Of a stretch of DNA of 64,000 nt, positions 50,418-57,246 are shown piece by piece. Source of the stretch: Limnohabitans sp. (GTDB lineage Bacteria; Pseudomonadota; Gammaproteobacteria; Burkholderiales; Burkholderiaceae_C). The stretch covers positions 27,893 through 91,892 of the forward strand of contig NZ_JBBAPF010000012.1 of assembly GCF_040400975.1 (NCBI RefSeq), in the 5' to 3' direction. A model generated the notes under the pieces. It was given only the letters and a program-made list of their open reading frames with translations. It was not told where the DNA came from and did not search any database. Position 1 is the first letter of the stretch. The number at the start of each line of letters is the position of its first letter. A program made the translations under genes and the position numbers.

Positions 50418-51029
50418 TCAGGCTTGCGCCCGCTGCTTCAAATACGGCCCCACCATGTGGCGGCTGGTGCGTTGCAGGCCCATCAGCAAAGCGTGGTCGG
50501 CATGCTGGCAGCCGTAGCGGGTTTTCAGGTCGTGCTGCATCTGCGCCAGCAAATGCGCGGCCATCTCGGCATCGGCCAGCGCCCGGTGGGCGCGGCCTGA
50601 AGAAGGCAAATGGTGCAGCGCCGCCAGCGTGCCCAGCTTGTGGTTGGGCGCTTGCGGGTACAAGCGGCGCGACAGCAGCAAAGTGCAGGCGAAGGCGTGC
50701 GAGCCTTCTTGCCCGCAGCGGGCCAGCTCGGCCTGCCAAAACTTTTTGTCAAAGGCCGCGTTGTGCGCCACCATGGGCCGCCCGCCCACAAAGCGGGCCG
50801 CCTCGCGCATCACCTGCTCAGCAGCTGGCGCGGCCTGCACCATCTCGTTGGTGATGCCCGTGAGCTGGGTGATGAAAGGGTTCACCCGCACCCCGGCGTT
50901 CATCAGGCTTTGGTAGCGGTCCACCACCTGCCCGCCTTCGAGCATGACGATGGCCACCTCGGTGGCGCGGTCGCCCATATTGGGCGAGATGCCTGTGGTT
51001 TCGAAGTCGATGATGGCGATGGGGTTCAT
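50418..51029 (-). CDS. DnaQ-like 3'-5' exonuclease (DEDDh) family protein
   Basis: Exo I IAIIDFETTG, Exo II VAHNAAFD, Exo III HRALADA. ATG at 51029 preferred over the TTG at 51056. Confidence 0.8.
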   Translation of the reverse strand: MNPIAIIDFETTGISPNMGDRATEVAIVMLEGGQVVDRYQSLMNAGVRVNPFITQLTGITNEMVQAAPAAEQVMREAARFVGGRPMVAHNAAFDKKFWQAELARCGQEGSHAFACTLLLSRRLYPQAPNHKLGTLAALHHLPSSGRAHRALADAEMAAHLLAQMQHDLKTRYGCQHADHALLMGLQRTSRHMVGPYLKQRAQA

Positions 51030-51130
51030 GGGTAGAAATACAGGTGTTTGGATCAAAGCTAGCGTGTCTCACGCCATCGCCAAAATAAATTAACCCCGTA
51101 AATCAAACATCTGATGTATGATTTACGGGA

Positions 51131-52312
51131 ATGATTAATCGACAAATCGCCTCCATTGTCCACCAAAGGCTCAGCTCCGGCGTGCCCGCTGCGGTATTGC
51201 TCGGGCCCCGTCAGGTGGGGAAAACCACGCTTGCGCGTCAACTTGCGGCCGATTGGCCCCAGGGCGCGGTGTACCTGGATCTGGAACTTCCCTCAGATCG
51301 CCGCCGCTTGGAAGACCCCGAAACCTATTTGAGGGCACAAGCCCCCAAACTCGTCGTCATCGATGAAATCCACCGCGTGCCAGAACTTTTTGCCGTCCTT
51401 CGCGGGCTCATTGACGAAAGGCGTGCAGCTGGTCAGCGTTACGGCCATTTTTTGCTCTTGGGCTCGGCCGCTATGGAGCTGATGCAGCAATCTTCCGAAA
51501 CCCTGGCCGGTCGAGTGGCCTATCTGGACATGCATGCCATCAACTTGAGCGAAGCCATCCCTGCAGGCCTGACTGAATCTGTTTTGTGGAACCGCGGCGG
51601 CTTTCCAGACAGTTTGCTGGCGCAAGACGATGCACACAGCATGGCATGGCGGCAAGACTTCATACGCTCTTATTTAGAACGTGACGTGCCCATGTTTGCC
51701 CCCCCCCGGATGCCTGCCGAAACATTGGGCCGCCTGTGGACCATGCTGGCGCACCAACAAGGCAGCCAAATCAATCAAGCGCAATTGGCAGCCAGCCTGG
51801 GTGTCAGTGCCCCGACCGTAGGCCGCTACATCGACCTGCTCACCGACCTGCACTTGGTGCGCCGACTTCAGCCCTGGTTTGCCAATGTGGGCAAGCGCTT
51901 GGTCAAGACACCCAAAGTGTTTGTGCGCGACAGCGGCTTGGTGCATGCTTTGCTGGGCCTGAAAAACGAAAACGACGTGCTGGGTCACCCCGTTGCAGGA
52001 GCCAGCTACGAGGGCTTTGTGTTGGAAACACTGATCACGCAAGCAGGCCCATCGCTCAAACCCTACTTTTATCGCACCCACGATGGTGCTGAAATTGACC
52101 TGCTGTTTGAACGCGGCGGGCAACCCGACATCGCGATCGAGGTCAAACGATCCAGTGCGCCATCCCCCGAGCGAGGGTTCAAACAAGCGTGTGATGATCT
52201 GGGCATCACCCAGCGCTTCGTGGTCTACCCGGGTAACGAGCGTTTCAGCCTGCGACAAGGCGCACAGGCCATTGGCTTGCAAGGCATGCTCGAATTGCTC
52301 AACCCCAACTGA
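51131..52312 (+). CDS. AAA+ ATPase with DUF4143-type C-terminal domain
   Basis: LLGPRQVGKTTLARQL Walker A and VVIDEIH Walker B. The C-terminal half has the pattern of the DUF4143 family (PD-(D/E)xK-like IDLLFERGG...AIEVK). Confidence 0.75.
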   Translation: MINRQIASIVHQRLSSGVPAAVLLGPRQVGKTTLARQLAADWPQGAVYLDLELPSDRRRLEDPETYLRAQAPKLVVIDEIHRVPELFAVLRGLIDERRAAGQRYGHFLLLGSAAMELMQQSSETLAGRVAYLDMHAINLSEAIPAGLTESVLWNRGGFPDSLLAQDDAHSMAWRQDFIRSYLERDVPMFAPPRMPAETLGRLWTMLAHQQGSQINQAQLAASLGVSAPTVGRYIDLLTDLHLVRRLQPWFANVGKRLVKTPKVFVRDSGLVHALLGLKNENDVLGHPVAGASYEGFVLETLITQAGPSLKPYFYRTHDGAEIDLLFERGGQPDIAIEVKRSSAPSPERGFKQACDDLGITQRFVVYPGNERFSLRQGAQAIGLQGMLELLNPN

Positions 52313-52335
52313 ACCACAAGGCACGGACTTCGCCC

Positions 52336-52485
52336 ATGCGCCCCGACCCCCTCCTCTTCTGTACCGACCTGCACGGCCTCCAACACGACAACATTGACAG
52401 CAGCGCCCACTGTGACGCGGAAGGCTTTTAGAATTTTTGGGAGGGGCTGCGGGTGGGCATGGCGTTGGATGTGCCCCTTGGGTAG
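52336..52485 (+). pseudogene. internally deleted remnant of a metallophosphoesterase gene (paralog of 53288..53965)
   Basis: Reads MRPDPLLFCTDLHG|LQHDNIDSSAHCDAEGF*. This aligns at DNA level (roughly 80-85% identity by eye) with the first ~40 nt and the last ~110 nt of the intact gene. The junction falls at gcacggcc, which occurs at both corresponding places in the intact copy. Confidence 0.7.
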
Positions 52486-52542
52486 CGCCCAATCAAAATG
52501 CGTCATATACTTTGGTATATGTCCGCGCCCAAGGAGGCCCCC

Positions 52543-52827
52543 ATGTCACAAACTGCCAAACTTTTTGCCAACGGCCGAAGCCAGGCTGTGCGCCTGCCAG
52601 CCGCATTTCGGTTTGACACCCAAGAAGTCTTCATCCGACAAGACCCCGCCACGGGCGATGTGATCTTGTCTCGGCGGCCTGAAGACTGGCAAGGTTTTTT
52701 AACCGCCGCTCAAGCAGCCCAAGTGCCCGATGACTTTTTGGGCAGCGAAGAACGCCAAGCACAAGGCCACACGCCAGCCCCGGAGCGAGATCCGTTTGAA
52801 GACATGCCCCCTTCACTCAATCACTGA
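52543..52827 (+). CDS. vapB: type II antitoxin VapB (AbrB/SpoVT fold)
   Basis: MSQTAKLFANGRSQAVRLPAAFRF. SD aaggagg 7 nt upstream. Immediately precedes a PIN gene. Confidence 0.85.
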   Translation: MSQTAKLFANGRSQAVRLPAAFRFDTQEVFIRQDPATGDVILSRRPEDWQGFLTAAQAAQVPDDFLGSEERQAQGHTPAPERDPFEDMPPSLNH

Positions 52828-52842
52828 CCAGCGAGCACGCCC

Positions 52843-53241
52843 ATGTCACCGCGCTACATGCTGGACACCAACACCGTCAGCCACATCATCAAACGACACC
52901 CTCAAGTCATCCAGCGCTTGCTGGCTGTGCCCATGCACACCGTTTGCATCTCGGCCATCACGGCGGGCGAATTGTCATTTGGTCTGGCCAAGCGCCCCGA
53001 GGCCGTGGCCTTGAAAGCAGCTGTCACAGAGTTTTTGCGTCGTGTCGAAGTGCTACCTTGGGATGCCGCCGTGGCCCACACCTACGGCACCGTTCGCGCA
53101 CAGTTGCAAAGCATGGGCACACCATTGGCAGCGCTGGACACCCAAATTGCATCCCATGCACTGCATGCCCAAGCCACGTTGGTGAGCAGCGACAAAGCCT
53201 TTGTGCAAGTCGCGGGTCTGCAGCTTGAAAACTGGACTTGA
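52843..53241 (+). CDS. vapC: type II toxin VapC (PIN-domain ribonuclease)
   Basis: YMLDTNTVSHII (first acidic residue), ITAGELSFG, and a C-terminal SSD motif. 132 aa. Confidence 0.85.
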   Translation: MSPRYMLDTNTVSHIIKRHPQVIQRLLAVPMHTVCISAITAGELSFGLAKRPEAVALKAAVTEFLRRVEVLPWDAAVAHTYGTVRAQLQSMGTPLAALDTQIASHALHAQATLVSSDKAFVQVAGLQLENWT

Positions 53242-53287
53242 TCAACTCCTGAACAGCTCAATACTGACCGCCCCAAGCTGCGCACAC

Positions 53288-53965
53288 ATGACCGGCCCCA
53301 TCCTCTTCTGCGGCGACCCGCACGGCCAGTGGCAGCACATCATTGATGCTGCCGAGCAAACCCACGCCCGCGCCGTGATCTTGCTCGGCGACTTGGAGCC
53401 TGCACGTCCGCTGCACATCGAGCTGGAAGCGATTTGGGAGCGGGTCTGGTTCATCCACGGCAACCACGACACCGACCATGCGGGCATCTTTGGCAACGTG
53501 TGGCACGACGAAGTGAGCGAGCGCAGCCTGCACGGCCGCGTCGTCAAGCTGCCCTGCGGCACGCGCATCGCCGGGCTGGGCGGTGTGTTTCGCGGTGCGG
53601 TGTGGTACCCCAAAGACCAGCAAGCGCCCAAGTTTCGCAACCGCGAAGCGCACGCCCGAGTGACGCCGCGCCAAGACCGCTGGCAAGGTGGCGTGCACCT
53701 CAAACACTGGTCCACCATCTACCCCGACGAACTGGAACAACTGGCCTCGCTGCAAGCCGACATCCTCATCACGCACGAAGCGCCCGGCTACCACGACCAC
53801 GGATTCAAAGAACTGGACACCCTGGCCCGCCGCATGGGCGTGCGCATGACGGTGCACGGCCACCAGCACGACAACATCGACAGCAGCGCCCACTGGGACG
53901 GGCAAGGGTTTCAGAGCTTTGGGGTGGGACTGCGGGGGGTGATGGCGGTGGATGGGCTGGATTGA
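53288..53965 (+). CDS. calcineurin-like metallophosphoesterase
   Basis: GDPHG, LGDLE, GNHD and HGHQH motifs in canonical order. 225 aa from MTGPILFCGDPHG. Confidence 0.8.
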   Translation: MTGPILFCGDPHGQWQHIIDAAEQTHARAVILLGDLEPARPLHIELEAIWERVWFIHGNHDTDHAGIFGNVWHDEVSERSLHGRVVKLPCGTRIAGLGGVFRGAVWYPKDQQAPKFRNREAHARVTPRQDRWQGGVHLKHWSTIYPDELEQLASLQADILITHEAPGYHDHGFKELDTLARRMGVRMTVHGHQHDNIDSSAHWDGQGFQSFGVGLRGVMAVDGLD

Positions 53966-53992
53966 TCGTCACCCGACATCAACAGTCGCCAT

Positions 53993-54325
53993 TCAATCCG
54001 GCAAATGCTTGGCCAAATCCATGCTGTCATGCAGCAAGCGGATGACATCGATAACTTGTCCGTCCGCAAACCTGAAAACCACCAAATGGCGGCCTTTTCT
54101 GCCCAGTCGTGCGACATGCAGTGTACGGATACCCAGCTCGATATCGTCGCGCACTTTGCTGCCCACAATGTTGGGGCCATCGGTCAGCGCCTCCAATGCA
54201 AGCGTCAGCGTCTCAAGATAGTCATCCGCCTGAAGTGCACCGAACTGATCGGTTGTCCAAACAAGCGCGTCAAGCAAATCGTGCTCGGCCTTTTCTGCCA
54301 ACCGAACTGCCCATACCGCACTCAT
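53993..54325 (-). CDS. parE: type II toxin, ParE/RelE family
   Basis: 110 aa. 4-nt overlap with the upstream ParD-like gene. ...IRTLHVARLGRKGRHLVVFRFADGQVIDVIRLLHDSMD is the ParE C-terminal pattern. Confidence 0.8.
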   Translation of the reverse strand: MSAVWAVRLAEKAEHDLLDALVWTTDQFGALQADDYLETLTLALEALTDGPNIVGSKVRDDIELGIRTLHVARLGRKGRHLVVFRFADGQVIDVIRLLHDSMDLAKHLPD

Positions 54326-54603
54326 TGGACAGTGCGCACTTTGGCTGCAATGCCCTGCATGTGATCGCGCAAGCCTTGCTTGGATTCAAAAGTCTTGAAA
54401 CGCCCCGCGTCAATATCGGCAATGCCCTCTTGGGCTGCTTTTCGCAAAGCCGCAAGTCGATAAGCGTCCTCAGCGTCTCTCTGCTCCACCATGCGCAGCC
54501 CCTCACGCAGAACTTCGCTGGCATTTTGATAGCGGCCACTTTGGACCAGCTGCTCGACCAACGCAGCTTGGTGATCAGTCAGCACGACATTTCGGGTAGG
54601 CAT
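54322..54603 (-). CDS. parD: type II antitoxin, ParD (RHH/COG3609) family
   Basis: MPTRNVVLTDHQAALVEQLVQSGRYQNASEVLREGLRMVEQRD is the typical ParD N-terminus. Confidence 0.85.
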   Translation of the reverse strand: MPTRNVVLTDHQAALVEQLVQSGRYQNASEVLREGLRMVEQRDAEDAYRLAALRKAAQEGIADIDAGRFKTFESKQGLRDHMQGIAAKVRTVQ

Positions 54604-54690
54604 GGGAGGGCTTTTTGTTGAAACAGGATTGGCATATTATGCCAATAAGGTCCTGTTGGTCGAGGTTGTAGCAATCAGAGTACCGAAAGC

Positions 54691-54891
54691 TTATTCGTCC
54701 TCGTCTTCGGGGACAGGGTGAAAACAGTACGTACACAACTCTGCAGCATCGACTGGAACTTCGATATCGCAGTGCTCGCAAAAATCAAATCGTGCAACCG
54801 CTGTTGTTGCATCAAATTTGTTGACGCTTGTTAGTCCGCCGCGCTCAAAAACATGCGCGCCAGCAACTGCTGATTGATCCGTGTAGCTCAT
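54691..54891 (-). CDS. small acidic-tailed protein with CxxC...CxxC (possible zinc ribbon)
   Basis: 66 aa from the ATG at 54891 (SD gggag 6 nt upstream). FCEHCDIEVPVDAAELCTYCFHP, then PEDEDE. No family recognised. Confidence 0.45.
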   Translation of the reverse strand: MSYTDQSAVAGAHVFERGGLTSVNKFDATTAVARFDFCEHCDIEVPVDAAELCTYCFHPVPEDEDE

Positions 54892-54924
54892 GCGCAACTC
54901 CCTATTAAAAGATACTCATAATTT

Positions 54925-54962
54925 TACTGTATTTATATACATGTACTGTATTTTTATACACA
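54925..54962. promoter_or_regulatory. tandem 19-bp direct repeat / operator-like element with CTGT-N8-ACA SOS-box-like cores
   Basis: tactgtatttatatacatg | tactgtatttttatacaca, 16/19 identical. Lies in a very AT-rich divergent intergenic region between 54891 (-) and 55053 (+). Confidence 0.5.
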
Positions 54963-55052
54963 ATAGATGAACTAATTCGCAAATCGGTGTACGCAGCGAC
55001 TGCGGATACAACACGAAACTGCTGCACAACTCAAAAGATCATTGGAGATAGC

Positions 55053-55337
55053 ATGAACAAGCCAAATCGCATCCCTGCAATCCCGGGCAAAAGCCGCTTC
55101 GCTTTGGAGCGCTGGTTCAACAAGTTACATCTGGAGGGCCTGATATTTCATCCTGATGATCAGCCTGAGGACATTGTTTCAATTGCCACTGGCGAAAAGG
55201 TCTTTACTCCCTTTGAGTGCCAAACATTACGTGAAGGCATTCAACTCCTATTCGAGTGCCATGGTGATTTGGTTTACGAAGTAGCTCTCGAATATTTCCA
55301 GAAGACCATGGAAGTCAAGCAAGCTGGCTTCCACTAA
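55053..55337 (+). CDS. hypothetical protein
   Basis: 94 aa from MNKPNRIPAIPGK, with SD ggaga upstream. No recognisable motif. Followed by a hairpin at 55372..55399. Confidence 0.45.
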   Translation: MNKPNRIPAIPGKSRFALERWFNKLHLEGLIFHPDDQPEDIVSIATGEKVFTPFECQTLREGIQLLFECHGDLVYEVALEYFQKTMEVKQAGFH

Positions 55338-55371
55338 AAAAACCTGTGTAGCGTGAAATTACTCACGTTGC

Positions 55372-55399
55372 TGCCTGCATACTCTAAAAGTTGCAGGCA
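55372..55399 (+). terminator. candidate terminator hairpin after the 55053..55337 ORF
   Basis: Stem tgcctgca / tgcaggca, 12-nt loop, followed by only ttt. Confidence 0.35.
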
Positions 55400-55606
55400 T
55401 TTCGCGGCCACGAAGACAGCGACATGCTGCCGATTGGCCGGAAAATCTTCACTCACCACTTCCAGTCAGATAATGACCGAACCCCAAAACTGATCCTCTT
55501 GACAGAAGGCCTCAGACACAAGTGGCAGTTGCACTCCTCCACGGGACGGAGTGCAACCAGTCTGACAACCTCAACATAAGTGGACGTACGGGGCCATATC
55601 CAAAAA

Positions 55607-57139
55607 ATGACATACAAAATCATCGATCTCTTTGCAGGGCCCGGCGGTCTCGGGGAGGGCTTTGCAGCCTACAAGAATGGATCCATTTTTGACATTGCAC
55701 TGTCCGCTGAAATGGAATCCAGTGCTTACAAAACACTCACCTTGCGCAGCTTCTTTCGCAAAATACGTGGGGATCAGAAAGCGCTAAATGCTTATTACAG
55801 TTTCTGCGAGTCAGCAGATTCACCCCACCCTGGTGAGCTTTTTCCACTTGCGTGGAAAGCCGCGCAAGCAGAAGCACATCAGCTGACTCTGGGCGATCCC
55901 GGTCACAACAAGCAACTGGATGAACTTCTAAATCAATCAAAGCTGCATGAAGATGAAACTGTACTGATTGGCGGCCCCCCCTGTCAGGCTTACTCGCTTG
56001 TAGGGCGCGCCCGCAACATGGGCAAACAAGACTATGTTGCGGAAAACGATCACCGACACTTTCTCTACAAAGAATATCTGCGGATCTTGCATCGCAGCCG
56101 TCCAGCTGTTTTCGTGATGGAAAACGTGAAGGGGATTCTTTCAGCGCAAGTGGGGGGCAAACTGGTATTTCACGACATCCTCCGCGACCTTACTGATCCC
56201 GGCAAAGCACTAGGCAAAAGAAGCGGCGCTCGTTACACCATTCACTCACTTGTTTCACGCGTGAAGTTCGCGCCAGGGGACAACCCCGAAGAGCTGGATG
56301 CAAGTGAATTCATCATCAAAGCAGAAAAGTTTGGAATCCCACAGGCTAGGCACCGCGTGATACTGCTTGGCGTCCGTGAGGACCTTGCCTACGACGGAAG
56401 AAAATTACTGCGTGAATCCGAGCCACTGTTTGTTGAGGATGCATTTAAGGGCATGCCGCTATTACGAAGCAAACTAAGCACGGGCGATACCGATACAAAG
56501 TGGCACGAAGCAATACTTGGTCACGCCAACACTCTCTTCAGAGATGCCAAGGAAAACGGAAAGGGTACGCTGGCGGAGGAACTCAAAGCATGCATGATCC
56601 GAATGAATGGGAGTATGGAAACAGGTGCACTTAGATTTGGCCGCAAATACTCTTCACATGGGCAAACTCCATTCCACAAGTGGGTGCAAGATCCTAGGCT
56701 CAACGTTTGGTTAAACCACGAGACACGGTCACACATGTCCAGTGACCTTGCCCGCTACTATTTCACCGCTGTTTACGGCCAAACTTTCAACCGTTCACCC
56801 AAGGGCCATCATGAGTTTTCACTTAAAGGTCTAGCACCTGAACATGCCAACTGGGAATCAGGCAAGTTCGCTGACCGATTTCGGGTGCAGCTCCTTAATG
56901 CACCGAGCACCACAGTGACTAGTCATATCGCTAAAGACGGCCACTACTTTATCCACCCTGATCCCCGTCAATGTCGCAGCCTCACGGTGAGAGAGGCGGC
57001 AAGACTGCAGACATTCCCAGACAACTATTTCTTCCAAGGAAATCGTACACAGCAATACCACCAAGTAGGCAATGCCGTGCCGTCGTTACTTGCCAACCAG
57101 ATTGCTCATGTTGTTAACTTGATAGTTTCAGACACGTAA
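55607..57139 (+). CDS. dcm: DNA (cytosine-5)-methyltransferase
   Basis: Motif I IIDLFAGPGGLGEGF, motif IV GGPPCQAYS, motif VI ENVKG, motif VIII QARHRV, motif X QVGNAVPSLLA. ATG at 55607 preferred over the GTG at 55580. Confidence 0.9.
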   Translation: MTYKIIDLFAGPGGLGEGFAAYKNGSIFDIALSAEMESSAYKTLTLRSFFRKIRGDQKALNAYYSFCESADSPHPGELFPLAWKAAQAEAHQLTLGDPGHNKQLDELLNQSKLHEDETVLIGGPPCQAYSLVGRARNMGKQDYVAENDHRHFLYKEYLRILHRSRPAVFVMENVKGILSAQVGGKLVFHDILRDLTDPGKALGKRSGARYTIHSLVSRVKFAPGDNPEELDASEFIIKAEKFGIPQARHRVILLGVREDLAYDGRKLLRESEPLFVEDAFKGMPLLRSKLSTGDTDTKWHEAILGHANTLFRDAKENGKGTLAEELKACMIRMNGSMETGALRFGRKYSSHGQTPFHKWVQDPRLNVWLNHETRSHMSSDLARYYFTAVYGQTFNRSPKGHHEFSLKGLAPEHANWESGKFADRFRVQLLNAPSTTVTSHIAKDGHYFIHPDPRQCRSLTVREAARLQTFPDNYFFQGNRTQQYHQVGNAVPSLLANQIAHVVNLIVSDT

Positions 57140-57246
57140 CTAAAGAATGTTGAACGAAGCGACACTCAGCGCTTAGCGTCTAAATCAGCATCTAGAACTC
57201 AATTTGCACAAGTGCCAAGTGCGACCATTGCCTGAGACATGCGCGG

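Noticed and set aside
51674-52492. 272-aa minus-strand ORF
   Set aside because: Antisense to the AAA+ ATPase gene. No motifs.
54925-54962. Calling the two repeats bona fide LexA SOS boxes
   Set aside because: Both right half-sites lack the conserved G of ACAG (ACAT and ACAC). I report them only as an operator-like tandem repeat with SOS-like half-sites.
55391-55579. 62-aa ORF in the dcm leader (and the nested 51-aa ATG version)
   Set aside because: Non-ATG start, no SD, no HTH or other motif. It contains the 10-bp palindrome, which more likely acts at the DNA or RNA level.
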